Shown here in pieces: positions 44,301-53,377 of a DNA stretch of 56,456 nucleotides. The position numbers and the translations under genes are program-made. The DNA comes from a virus (lineage: Duplodnaviria; Caudoviricetes). The stretch lies in IMG/VR virus record IMGVR_UViG_3300042995_000016, positions 1-56,456 of that record; one strand, given 5' to 3'. Numbering within the stretch: the stretch's first letter is position 1; the number at the start of each line of letters is the position of its first letter. The notes beneath the pieces are model-generated. The model saw only the letters and a list, made by a program, of their open reading frames with translations. It ran no database searches and was not told the origin of the DNA.

Positions 44301-44320
44301 ACCGCGAGGGAGACACGGCC

Positions 44321-44929
44321 GTGGGCCAGTCCAGCATCTACCGACACTTCCTGATCGAGGGGGATCCCCTGCTGTCGAGGGCCAAGGCCGTGCAGGAGAC
44401 GCACGACAAGGCCCGGCTCGCCGCCGTCGAGTTCGCCAGGAAGCACGGGGCGCCGGGCTACTACACGAGCGCCGAGGGCCTGTTCGGCAATCACCGCCCG
44501 GTGCGCGTCGTGGGCCTCATGCTCGCCGATCCCGTCCCGTCCGGCTGGAAGGTGAGCGGCCGGGGCAAGCACCGCATGATGGTCCCGCGCGCCGACGCCG
44601 CCGAGGTCTCGGCCGAGATGGCCGCGCTTCCGGAGTTCCCCAACCTCCGCGCCGTCGCGAACGAGATGCTCGGGTGGGATCCTAACCTGTCCTGGGACGA
44701 CGCCGAGAGCAAAGGGGGCATGGGCCTCCCGAGCGCCCAGCTCATCTGGACGAACTCCAGCTTCTGCCTGGCGCTGCCGCTCGGGCGCCTGTTCGGGCCC
44801 GGGGACGAGCGCAGCATCAGGAACGCGATGGCCCACCCCGTCCCCGAGGGCTGCCGCGAAATCACCGAGGCCGAATGGGCCCTGATCGACGCGCAGGCCC
44901 GCGTCGATCGCGAGCGGTCCGCCGCCTGA
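44321..44929 (+). CDS. hypothetical protein
   Basis: SD GGGGAG; globular 202-aa ORF. Confidence 0.7.
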   Translation: MGQSSIYRHFLIEGDPLLSRAKAVQETHDKARLAAVEFARKHGAPGYYTSAEGLFGNHRPVRVVGLMLADPVPSGWKVSGRGKHRMMVPRADAAEVSAEMAALPEFPNLRAVANEMLGWDPNLSWDDAESKGGMGLPSAQLIWTNSSFCLALPLGRLFGPGDERSIRNAMAHPVPEGCREITEAEWALIDAQARVDRERSAA

Positions 44930-44955
44930 CCTCCCCTGCCGACCGAGGGCACCCC

Positions 44956-45342
44956 ATGCAGACCGACTGGATCACCCGCTACACCGAGCTCGAGCGCGAG
45001 CTGGCCGCGCTCGCCGACCGCGTCCGGTCCGCCCTGCGCGAACTCGGCGACCACAAGACGACGCCCGAGCGCGCGCTGCTCCTGCTGCGCCTGCCCTCCG
45101 GGCCGACCTCGGTCGCCGACGTCGCGAAGCGCTGCTACGTCGGCACGAACGTCAGCTACAACCTCGCCGCCCTTGCCGAGGCCGGGCTGATCGGGAAGAG
45201 CCACCCGGCCAACGACCGCCGCACGGTCCTGATCCAGAGGACCCCGGCGGGGGCCGAGCTGTGCCGCCGCATCGTCGAGGCCATGGCCACGGCCGAGGCG
45301 CGGGCGGCTGCCGACGCCCCCGCCGACCGGATCCCGGCCTGA
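44956..45342 (+). CDS. MarR-family regulator, LdtR-like
   Basis: YVGTNVSYNLAAL..AGLI......DRRTVLI..TPAG. Confidence 0.8.
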   Translation: MQTDWITRYTELERELAALADRVRSALRELGDHKTTPERALLLLRLPSGPTSVADVAKRCYVGTNVSYNLAALAEAGLIGKSHPANDRRTVLIQRTPAGAELCRRIVEAMATAEARAAADAPADRIPA

Positions 45343-45351
45343 GGCGCCGCC

Positions 45352-45579
45352 ATGCCCGACGGCTTCGCCCCCGGCTCCCTGCCGATCCCCACCGCCGCCG
45401 ATCCCCTCGCGACCGCGGCGGAGATCCTGGACCTCGCCGCGCGCGCCGCCCGGCTCGAGGCCGAGGCGGGCCACGACGGCAGGATCCCCCGGGCGCTGGC
45501 CGACCGCATCCGCGAGATCGAGCGCCTCGCCCGCGAGTGCCGCCGCCTCGCCGTCCCCACCCCCGGCACCGGAGCGTGA
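45352..45579 (+). CDS. hypothetical protein
   Basis: Operon spacing and codon bias. Confidence 0.55.
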   Translation: MPDGFAPGSLPIPTAADPLATAAEILDLAARAARLEAEAGHDGRIPRALADRIREIERLARECRRLAVPTPGTGA

Positions 45580-45581
45580 GC

Positions 45582-45965
45582 ATGGACGCCCTGCCCTTCG
45601 GCGCCCGCGTGATCGTGCGCCACCACGCCGGCATCCGCTTCGCCGGGGTCGTGGCCTCGGGCCCGATCCTGAGCGCCGGCATCACCGGCTACCGGGTGCG
45701 CCCGGCCGCCGGCGGCCCCGCCCTGTGGCACTCCGCGGCGCGCATCGAGGCCGTGCCCCCGGCCGACCTCCCCCGGCGCTACTTCGCCGCCCTGCACCGC
45801 CTGCACGGCGTGGACGCCGCCGCGATCCTGGAGGCTGCGGACGAACTCGAACTCCTGATGGACCTCGCCGAGGGCGTCAACCCCGTGATCCACGGCCGCT
45901 GCCGCGCGCGGCTGGCCGAGCTGGGCGTGATCGCCGGCGGGACCGAGCCGAGGGGGGCCGCGTGA
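45582..45965 (+). CDS. hypothetical protein
   Basis: MDALPFGARV...; coupled to the next gene. Confidence 0.55.
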   Translation: MDALPFGARVIVRHHAGIRFAGVVASGPILSAGITGYRVRPAAGGPALWHSAARIEAVPPADLPRRYFAALHRLHGVDAAAILEAADELELLMDLAEGVNPVIHGRCRARLAELGVIAGGTEPRGAA

Positions 45966-46501
45966 TGTCGGCGGCGACCAGGTACTTCGTGCTGATCAAC
46001 CTGCTGGCCAAGCGCCGGAAGGAACTCGGCATCACCCAGCGGGAGCTGGGCAAGCGTCTCGGCGTCGCCGCGCGCACGCTGCTGCGCTGGGAGACGCACG
46101 AGACCGACGCGCCGACCATGGACCTCTTCCGCTGGGTCGAGGCGCTCGGGCTCAAGGTCGACGTGACGGATATGTCACCCGAGGCGGGCGCCATGGTCGC
46201 CCTGCCCCGCTCCCCGGCGTTGGACGCGGCGCTCGCCGCGTTCGCCGGCATGCCGGCGGGGTCCGAGCCCGCCCCTGTCCCCGGCGCCGTCGGGGCCGCG
46301 CCCCTGCGGTTCGCCTACACCAACTGGCGAGGCGAGCGCTCGGTCCGGCGGGTGATCCCGACGCGGATCTACTTCGGCGCCACCTCGTACCACCCCCGGC
46401 CTCAGTGGCTCATGGAGGCGCTCGACGTCGACAAGGGCGTGGCCCGGGCCTTCGCGGTGGCCGACATGCGACCCGAGCCGCTGGAGCCGATTGATGGCTG
46501 A
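45965..46501 (+). CDS. XRE-HTH fused to a WYL-like domain
   Basis: RRKELGITQRELGKRLGV..TLLRWE; FAYTNWRGERSVRRVIP...QWLMEALD.DKG..RAFA. Confidence 0.8.
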   Translation: MSAATRYFVLINLLAKRRKELGITQRELGKRLGVAARTLLRWETHETDAPTMDLFRWVEALGLKVDVTDMSPEAGAMVALPRSPALDAALAAFAGMPAGSEPAPVPGAVGAAPLRFAYTNWRGERSVRRVIPTRIYFGATSYHPRPQWLMEALDVDKGVARAFAVADMRPEPLEPIDG

Positions 46502-46916
46502 CGTTCCCGCCGTCCCCGCCCCCGACCAGGTCGACCCTGCCGCGCTCCGGCGCTCGGCCGAGCTGGCCATGGCCTACCTGCTGCAGATCCAGGTCCGGGA
46601 CTACCAGACCCGCTACCGGGACGCGCTGCTCGCCGCCGTCTACGCGATCCAGGGCCGGTTCGGCCCGACCGCGTCGGAGTACCTGGTGCTGGACGAGCTG
46701 CTGCGCGCGGTCGGCGCGGCGCCCCGCGACCCGGGCGAGTGGCTGCGGGCGATCGTGGCCGCGCAGGCGCCCGACCTCGTGCCGCGCGGCAAGGTGATCG
46801 GCGCGCTCCGGGCCCGGGCCTCGAAGTTCGCCGAGGGGGCGCCAGAGCGGGTCGCTTTCGAGGCGTTCGTCGAGGACCTGGAGCGCCCGGCCCCGCAGGC
46901 GCGGGAGGCGGCGTGA
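46494..46916 (+). CDS. hypothetical protein
   Basis: Coupled at both ends. Confidence 0.6.
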   Translation: MADVPAVPAPDQVDPAALRRSAELAMAYLLQIQVRDYQTRYRDALLAAVYAIQGRFGPTASEYLVLDELLRAVGAAPRDPGEWLRAIVAAQAPDLVPRGKVIGALRARASKFAEGAPERVAFEAFVEDLERPAPQAREAA

Positions 46917-47335
46917 TGAAGATACGGCTCGTGAAGCGCTTCACGATCACCGGCCCGGACGGTTCGCTGTACCTGACCCGCTGGACCCTTCGCCTAGGGC
47001 CGCTCGGCGCGGTCAGACTTCACCGCTTTTACCGTCCGGACCTGGACCAGGACCAGCACGACCACCCCTGGCCCTTCGTCTCTGTCGTGCTGCGAGGCTG
47101 GTACGTCGAGGAGCTGGGCGGGTGCCGTGAGCATAGGACCCGGGGGGCTGGCTCCTTCGCATACCGGCCGGCGGCCATCCCTCACCGCGTGATCGCCATG
47201 CCCGAGGCGGGCTGCTGGACGCTGCTCTGGACCGGCCGGGACCGGGGCCGGGATTGGGGCTTCTACACCTCGGGTGGGTGGCAGCCCTGGCGCCAGTATC
47301 TCGGCATCGTCTCCCAAGAGGTCCCCCATGGCTAA
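46916..47335 (+). CDS. cupin-fold protein
   Basis: LHRF...HDHPWPFVSVVLRGWYVEE...HRV...WTL..TG...WGF. Confidence 0.75.
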   Translation: MKIRLVKRFTITGPDGSLYLTRWTLRLGPLGAVRLHRFYRPDLDQDQHDHPWPFVSVVLRGWYVEELGGCREHRTRGAGSFAYRPAAIPHRVIAMPEAGCWTLLWTGRDRGRDWGFYTSGGWQPWRQYLGIVSQEVPHG

Positions 47336-47603
47336 GCCGCGTCCCGCGAGCGACGCCAAGCGCGTCTCCTGGACCGCCGACATGAGTGCGGCAGCGGACC
47401 GGATGCTTGCCAAGGGCCACAGCTTCGAGCGCACCGCGGAGCGTGTCGGCGTGTCCGTCGCCTGCATCCTGCGCCACTACGCCAGGCTCTACGTCGTCGA
47501 GGTGCTGGGCAACAGGTCGACGTCGCGCGCCGTGACGGCGAACCCGTTCTCGGCGGACCAGGTGTCGCGCCCCCTGTCCGACGTGGAGGCCGCCCGTGGA
47601 TAG
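47328..47603 (+). CDS. small HTH protein
   Basis: WT...GHSFERTAERVGVS. Confidence 0.55.
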   Translation: MAKPRPASDAKRVSWTADMSAAADRMLAKGHSFERTAERVGVSVACILRHYARLYVVEVLGNRSTSRAVTANPFSADQVSRPLSDVEAARG

Positions 47604-48051
47604 CCCCATCCCCGACCGCGACCTGGGCACCTTCGAGGGCCGGCCGCTGCGCACCCTCGCCGACGTCGTCGCGACGATCCGCGAGGTCGTTGCCGCCGGG
47701 GACGACCTGCAGCTCACCAACGCCTGCGCGCGCCTCGTGCTCGACGCGCTCGACGGTCCCGGCGAGGTCCCGACCTACAGCGGCACCCCCTGCGGCCGCC
47801 GCGCGCGCACCGAGCACTCGATCCTCGTCCCGCGCAGGCTCCGCCACGCGGCGATCACGGCGGCCGGCGAGCTGGTCCCGCGCTCGCAGATCAAGGCCAG
47901 CGACATGGTGGCGGCCTGGGTGTCCTGCCGGACCTCCCGCGCGGCGGGCTGGCACTGGATCGACGTCCTCGGCCCGGTCGACGCGGCGGCGCTCCGGTAC
48001 CGGGGCGACGGCGTCGGGCGCGGCCACCGGCCCAAGGGGGCGCGCGGCTGA
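47596..48051 (+). CDS. hypothetical protein
   Basis: Coupled ORF in the operon. Confidence 0.55.
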   Translation: MDSPIPDRDLGTFEGRPLRTLADVVATIREVVAAGDDLQLTNACARLVLDALDGPGEVPTYSGTPCGRRARTEHSILVPRRLRHAAITAAGELVPRSQIKASDMVAAWVSCRTSRAAGWHWIDVLGPVDAAALRYRGDGVGRGHRPKGARG

Positions 48052-48410
48052 TGGCGACGACGATCCCCGCCCTGCCCTACCGCGGCCCCAGCCACGACCT
48101 GGGCGCGCTGGAGCGCCTGGCGCTCCGCGAGACCTGCCGCCGAGGTCTCGCCTGGGCGGACCTGACGGAGCGCGAGCGGAACGAGTGGATAGACTGGGCC
48201 GGCAGCACCGTCACCTTCGCCTGCCGGGTGCTCGACGACGATCCGGGCTGGACGCGGTTCCTGCCCGCCAAGCTGGACCCTGACGCCGGCCTCTCCTCCT
48301 GGGAGGTCGACGACCTCAAGGAGAGGATCGCCAGCCGGCACCAGGAGCTGGTCACGCGCCTGCCGCTGATGCGCGATCTGCGTCGGGCCTTCGAGGGGCA
48401 GGACCGCTGA
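48051..48410 (+). CDS. hypothetical protein
   Basis: TGATG coupling on both sides. Confidence 0.6.
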   Translation: MATTIPALPYRGPSHDLGALERLALRETCRRGLAWADLTERERNEWIDWAGSTVTFACRVLDDDPGWTRFLPAKLDPDAGLSSWEVDDLKERIASRHQELVTRLPLMRDLRRAFEGQDR

Positions 48411-48820
48411 TGCCCGACGGCTCCATCGCCCTCGACCGCCTCTCGAACCGCCGCCCGGCCGAGCCGGACCGCCGCCCGCGCGCCGAGCTGCCGACGCGGC
48501 CGGGCGAGGTGGTCTACGGCAAGCTCAGGCTGGTCAAGCAAGGCCCCTGGGTCCCGGCGCGCTGCTGGGTCGTGGACGGGGATCGGTGCCCGGACACGGG
48601 CGATCTCCTCTCCGACCAGCGCCTCGCGTTCCAGGTCATGGACGACCCCGCCCGCTGGGCGCCGGAGTGGTGGCCGCGCGGCTGGCCCTGGCGCCCGATC
48701 GCGCCCGCCGAGTGGACCTACCTGACCGAGCTGCGCGCCTGGGCGCTCGCCCACGACCCGACCCACCCCCTCGCCAACCCCACCCGGCCGCTCGTCGTGG
48801 CCGAGGCCTCGACGTGGTGA
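48410..48820 (+). CDS. hypothetical Trp-rich protein
   Basis: LRLVKQGPWVPAR...; coupled. Confidence 0.6.
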   Translation: MPDGSIALDRLSNRRPAEPDRRPRAELPTRPGEVVYGKLRLVKQGPWVPARCWVVDGDRCPDTGDLLSDQRLAFQVMDDPARWAPEWWPRGWPWRPIAPAEWTYLTELRAWALAHDPTHPLANPTRPLVVAEASTW

Positions 48821-48840
48821 CCGCCACGAACCCCCTGGAG

Positions 48841-49305
48841 ATGAGCATGAAGCGCCGAATCTACGTCGCGTCGTCCTGGCGCAATCCCCACCAGCCCTCC
48901 GTCGTCGAGGCCCTCCGGGGCGACGGCCACGAGGTCTACGACTTCCGCAACCCGTTCAACGGCGTGGGCGGCTTCGCCTGGTCGGAGATCGACCCGGACT
49001 GGCAGCGCTGGAGCGCGGCCGACTACCGGCGGCTGCTGACCACGCACCCGATCGCCGCCCGCGGCTTCGTCTCGGACCTGCGCGCCATGCAGTGGGCGGA
49101 CACCTGCGTCCTCGTCCTCCCGTGCGGGCGCTCCGCCCACCTCGAGGCCGGCTGGTTCTGCGGCCAGGGCAAGCGGACCATCATCCTGACCCGCGACGGC
49201 GAGGAGCCCGAGCTGATGGCGCTCCTGGCGACGGACATCTGCATCGCCCTGGACGAGGTCCGCGCGCTGCTGGCGCCCGCCGCCGTCGCGGGCGAGGCCG
49301 CCTGA
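48841..49305 (+). CDS. nucleoside deoxyribosyltransferase-like protein
   Basis: IYVASSWRN...HEVYDF...D..VLVLPCGRSAHLEAGW..G. Confidence 0.7.
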   Translation: MSMKRRIYVASSWRNPHQPSVVEALRGDGHEVYDFRNPFNGVGGFAWSEIDPDWQRWSAADYRRLLTTHPIAARGFVSDLRAMQWADTCVLVLPCGRSAHLEAGWFCGQGKRTIILTRDGEEPELMALLATDICIALDEVRALLAPAAVAGEAA

Positions 49306-49334
49306 TCTCCACCTCACCGACCGGAGACCGGACC

Positions 49335-50033
49335 ATGTCCACCCGCACCATCGAGATGACCATGCGCGTCGCCGTGCGGCGCACCACGGCCGAGGAGATC
49401 GGCGACGCCGCGACCGCCGAGATGCTCGCCGGGGACGGCGGCGTGATCGAGGACGCCGAGATGGAGGGCTTCGCGACCCACTTCGCCGAAGCCGTGAGCG
49501 CCGTCGACCAGGGGGAGATCATGGCCGGGTCGGACGTGTTCCTGGTCGCGGAGCGCAGCTCCCTCGTCGCTTGGCGGCCGGCCCCCGCCGCCGCCGACCA
49601 GGATCCGACCTACGGCGACCTGATCCACGCCAAGCTCCAGGAGCTGAACCCCGGCGATGCGATCGCCTATGTCGAGACCATGCGCGAGATCGCGGCGCTG
49701 GCGACGCAGGCCGTCAGAGACGAGATCAGGCCCGCGACGCCCGTCCTGATGGGGCCGACGAACCCGACCGGCTGGAAGCTCGAGGACCTGCTCTGGCAGA
49801 TCCGGGAGGAGGTCGGCGCCAAGAGCAACAAGCTCCTCTGCGACGCCCGCCCGACCGCGCGCGCCGTGCTGCGGAACAACCAGCAGGTCATGGGGCTGCT
49901 GCAGCAGGCCGAGGCGCTGCAGCGGGACAGCTACGACCGGCTCGACGCCATGGCCCCGAACGAGGGCCCGCTCGGCAAGCCCCGCATCGGCGAAGGGTCC
50001 GACACGGCCGCCGCGCAAGCCGGGGCCGCCTGA
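49335..50033 (+). CDS. hypothetical protein
   Basis: SD GGAG; NPTGWKLEDLL C-terminal domain. Confidence 0.65.
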   Translation: MSTRTIEMTMRVAVRRTTAEEIGDAATAEMLAGDGGVIEDAEMEGFATHFAEAVSAVDQGEIMAGSDVFLVAERSSLVAWRPAPAAADQDPTYGDLIHAKLQELNPGDAIAYVETMREIAALATQAVRDEIRPATPVLMGPTNPTGWKLEDLLWQIREEVGAKSNKLLCDARPTARAVLRNNQQVMGLLQQAEALQRDSYDRLDAMAPNEGPLGKPRIGEGSDTAAAQAGAA

Positions 50034-50034
50034 G

Positions 50035-50910
50035 ATGCCCGACGGCTCCCTCTCCCCGGAACTCCTCCGGGACCGCCACGGCATCGGCGGCAACATGCCG
50101 CCCGAGCCGATCGAGCTCCTCCGCGCCACGCTCGCCGATCTGACCGGTGCCGATCGCGCCCGCGTCGTCTCGGCCGCTCACCAGATCCTGCTCGATGCCG
50201 CGACCCAGGACGATCCCGAGCGCGCCGCGACCCGCGCCCGCCTCGAGGCCGCCTGCGCGAAGTGGGACAAGGAGCGCCCGGAGATCCTCGACGACGACCA
50301 GCTGGCCAAGGCCGGAAACGTCGTCCGGCTCCTCACCGACGCCGTCAACGCGGAGGAGAAGGCCCGGACCGGGGCCAAGCGCCCGTACATCGACGGCGGG
50401 CGCGCGATCGACGGCGCCTTCAAGGTGCGCCTCGCCCCGATCGAGGGCGGCAAGGCGCGCATGACGGCCCGCATCTCCCGATACCAGGCCAAGGTCGCGG
50501 CCGAGCGGCGCGCCGCCGCGGCCGAGGCGCACCGGCAGGCGGAGGCCGCCGCCCAGGCCGCCCGCGACCTGGAGCGCCAGCAGCGGGAGGTCCAGGCCGC
50601 CGCCGCGCAGGGCGCGCCCGTGGACGCGGCGCAGCTCGCGGCCGACGCCGCCGCGGCCGAGGACCTGCGCCGGCGGCAGGCCGAGGCGCAGCAGCAGGCC
50701 GCGGCGCTCGCGACCAAGCCCGAGGTCCGCTCCGACCACGGCGTGCTGGTCACGTCCAAGGTCGTGAAGCGGCTCCAGGTCGACGACGAAAGCCTGATCC
50801 CGGACGAGTTCTGGGAGGTCAACTGGCACAAGGTCCGGCTCGCCCTCGACACCGGCCGGGAGATCCCCGGCGCCCGCCTCGTGGACGAACCGATCCCGCT
50901 CGTCCGCTGA
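50035..50910 (+). CDS. coiled-coil recombination-module protein (Gp157/Gam-like tail)
   Basis: KRPYIDGGRAIDGAF; VDDESLIPDEF...GREIPGARL. Confidence 0.65.
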   Translation: MPDGSLSPELLRDRHGIGGNMPPEPIELLRATLADLTGADRARVVSAAHQILLDAATQDDPERAATRARLEAACAKWDKERPEILDDDQLAKAGNVVRLLTDAVNAEEKARTGAKRPYIDGGRAIDGAFKVRLAPIEGGKARMTARISRYQAKVAAERRAAAAEAHRQAEAAAQAARDLERQQREVQAAAAQGAPVDAAQLAADAAAAEDLRRRQAEAQQQAAALATKPEVRSDHGVLVTSKVVKRLQVDDESLIPDEFWEVNWHKVRLALDTGREIPGARLVDEPIPLVR

Positions 50911-50948
50911 CCGCCCGCCCCAGCCACCACCACAGCCAGGAACCCACG

Positions 50949-52202
50949 ATGCCCGACACCTCCCTGCCCGCCCTCGCCGGCGTCGGCGCCGACCAGCTCC
51001 GGTCGGCCCTGCCGGCCGTGGCGATGCCCAGCATGCTCGCCGACGCGGCCCGCTTCGAGTTCGGCCAGCGCGTCGCCAACCTCTTCGCGAACAGCCAGCT
51101 CGTGCCGGCGCACCTCCGCGGCAAGACGGCCGACTGCTTCATCGCCCTGCACATGGCGGAGCGCCTCAACGAGGACCCGCTCGTGGTGATGCAGAACATC
51201 AACATCATCAACGGCCGGGCCGGCTGGTCCGCGCAGTACATGATCGGCCGGGCGAACCGCAGCGGCGTCTTCCGCGGCCGCATCTCCTGGCGCTCGACCG
51301 GCGCAGGGGACGCGCTCCAGGTGACCGCGCACGCGGTCCTGGCGGACGCGGGCGAGGAGGTCACGGCCACGGCCTCGATGGCGATGGCTAAGGCCGAGGG
51401 CTGGACGAAGAACCAGAAGTACCAGTCCATGCCCGAGCACATGCTCCGGTACCGCTCCGCGACGATGCTGATCAGGCTCTACGCGCCGGAGGTCATGCTC
51501 GGGATCCCGAGCAGCGACGAGCTGGAGGACGTCCAGTACACGGTCGTGCAGGACGCGCCCCCGCCGCCCTCGCGGGCCGCCCACGGCCTGTCCTCGGTGC
51601 CGGCCCCGACCTCGGCTCCGGCCGCGCCCCAGTCTGCGCCTCAGGCAGCGCCCTCGCCAGTGATCGACAACGGCCCCGCGTTCGACGGCGATGCGGACGG
51701 CGCGGACTACGAGATCGTGACCAGCGAGGGCCAGGTCCTCGACTTCCACGCCGGCACCGAGACGAACGTCCGCGAGGGGATGTTCGTCGAACTGCGCAAC
51801 GGCGCGCGCCGCGGCCGCGCCGACCTCGACGGCGTGTGGGAGACCAACGCGGCCGTGCTGGACGAGCTCGACCGACGCGGCCACGGGGTCGTCGCGGAGG
51901 AGATCCGGGCGGAGTACCGGCGGCTCGTGACCGTGCTCGAGCGCCAGGCCACGCAGACGCCCGAGGCGGCGCAGCAGGCCGCCCAGCAGCCCGCGGCCCA
52001 GGCGACCCAGGCGGCGCCCGCGGCCGGGCGCAAGCGACAGCCGCCCGCGGCCGCGGAGCCGCCCCCGCCGGCCTCGGCCGAGCCGCCCCCGCCTCCGCCC
52101 CCTCCGCCCGTCGCGCAGCAGCCCGCGGTCGCGATCCCGACGGAGCCCCCTCCCCCGCCGCCACCCCCGGCCGACGGTGGCGGCGCCGACGACCTGTTCT
52201 GA
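50949..52202 (+). CDS. RecT-like single-strand annealing protein with Pro-rich tail
   Basis: SQLVPAHLRGK.ADC...VMQNI..INGR...PEHMLRYRS...R.YAPEVMLG; acidic DDLF end. Confidence 0.8.
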   Translation: MPDTSLPALAGVGADQLRSALPAVAMPSMLADAARFEFGQRVANLFANSQLVPAHLRGKTADCFIALHMAERLNEDPLVVMQNINIINGRAGWSAQYMIGRANRSGVFRGRISWRSTGAGDALQVTAHAVLADAGEEVTATASMAMAKAEGWTKNQKYQSMPEHMLRYRSATMLIRLYAPEVMLGIPSSDELEDVQYTVVQDAPPPPSRAAHGLSSVPAPTSAPAAPQSAPQAAPSPVIDNGPAFDGDADGADYEIVTSEGQVLDFHAGTETNVREGMFVELRNGARRGRADLDGVWETNAAVLDELDRRGHGVVAEEIRAEYRRLVTVLERQATQTPEAAQQAAQQPAAQATQAAPAAGRKRQPPAAAEPPPPASAEPPPPPPPPPVAQQPAVAIPTEPPPPPPPPADGGGADDLF

Positions 52203-52239
52203 CCCCGACCGGAGGGGCCGGCCCCGGTCGGTCCCTCCC

Positions 52240-52641
52240 ATGGAGACGCACATGCGCAGCACCGAGTATTGGATGCGGGTCGCCAGATCCTCCCCCGGCG
52301 ACCGCCACCTGCTGCGGCGCGACGCGGCCGTGGCCCGGGGCGTCACCGGCCACCGGATCGGCCGCGTCCGCGCCGCCCTGCACGCCGACGGCCGGACGGC
52401 CTTCCCCGACGTCGTCCGGTACCGGCTCGGGGACGGCTCGCTCGTCGACCTGCCGCCGACGGCCGAGTCTCACCCGGACGCGGCCCTCGCCGGCCGGATC
52501 GTGCCCTCGGTCGCCTACGAGGTCGTGGTGCGCCGGCTCGCCGACTACGAGGCGCTGCTGGCGTCGGGCGCGCTCGGCGCCGGCCACGCCTACCTGGCGG
52601 CGGAGACGGTCGTGGACCACCGCCGGGCCCCGGGCGCGTGA
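52240..52641 (+). CDS. hypothetical protein
   Basis: Coupled to the next gene; start may be 52252. Confidence 0.55.
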   Translation: METHMRSTEYWMRVARSSPGDRHLLRRDAAVARGVTGHRIGRVRAALHADGRTAFPDVVRYRLGDGSLVDLPPTAESHPDAALAGRIVPSVAYEVVVRRLADYEALLASGALGAGHAYLAAETVVDHRRAPGA

Positions 52642-52904
52642 TGAAGCGCGCCGGGTCTCTGCACCGCGCCGGCGGGCGCGCCGCCGGCGGGCACCCGCTC
52701 GTCGAGAGGCTGCGGGCGCGCCGGGTCGCGCTCGGGGTGACGGGCGAGGACCTGTCCGGGCGCGCCGGGATCTACGTCGGCGCCGTCAGCAAGTGGGAGC
52801 GCGGGCACAGCCCGACGCTCTCGCTCTTCTGCGCGGCCGTCGAGGCGCTCGGCGGGCGCGTGGAGGTCGTGTTCCCCGACCGACCGGGCCGAGGAGGCGA
52901 CTGA
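52641..52904 (+). CDS. XRE-family HTH protein
   Basis: LRARRVALGVT.EDLS.RAG.....VSKWERG..PTL. Confidence 0.75.
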   Translation: MKRAGSLHRAGGRAAGGHPLVERLRARRVALGVTGEDLSGRAGIYVGAVSKWERGHSPTLSLFCAAVEALGGRVEVVFPDRPGRGGD

Positions 52905-53377
52905 TGCCGGACGCCGGCCACCACCCCGCGCCGCTCCTGACGCTCGAGGAGGCCCGCCTGGTGATCCACCCGGGCGGCGCCGTCACCCTGCACGCCCTCA
53001 AGCAGGCGTTCCGCGACGGCCGCTTGCGCGGGGTCAGGATCGGCCACACCATCCTCGTCTCCCCGGAGGAGGTCGAGCGCTTCAAGTCCAACCCCGCCGG
53101 CGCGCGCCGCGCCGCCAGAGGCCAGCCCGCATGCCCCGCGCCAACCCAGGACCCCGCCTCCGCCTCTTCGGGCCCGACGACCGATTCGGGGCCAAGCGCC
53201 GAGGCGGCTTCGCCGACTACGTCTGGTACATCGTCTGGACCGAATCCGGGGTCCGCCGGGAGCGGAGCACTGGCGCGGGCAAGGATGACCGCCGAAAGGC
53301 TGAAGAGGAGCTCGCCCGCTTCCTCGACGCCCGGGCCCCGCGGGTCGTCGGGCCGCGTCATCCCCATGAGATCCTGA
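52904..53377 (+). CDS. xis: excisionase-like protein overlapping int
   Basis: LLTLEEA...GRLRGVRIG..ILVSPEEVERF; position directly before int. Confidence 0.7.
   Translation: MPDAGHHPAPLLTLEEARLVIHPGGAVTLHALKQAFRDGRLRGVRIGHTILVSPEEVERFKSNPAGARRAARGQPACPAPTQDPASASSGPTTDSGPSAEAASPTTSGTSSGPNPGSAGSGALARARMTAERLKRSSPASSTPGPRGSSGRVIPMRS

Noticed and set aside
51950-52170. C-rich low-complexity tract
   Set aside because: Encodes the Pro/Ala/Gln linker of the RecT-like protein.
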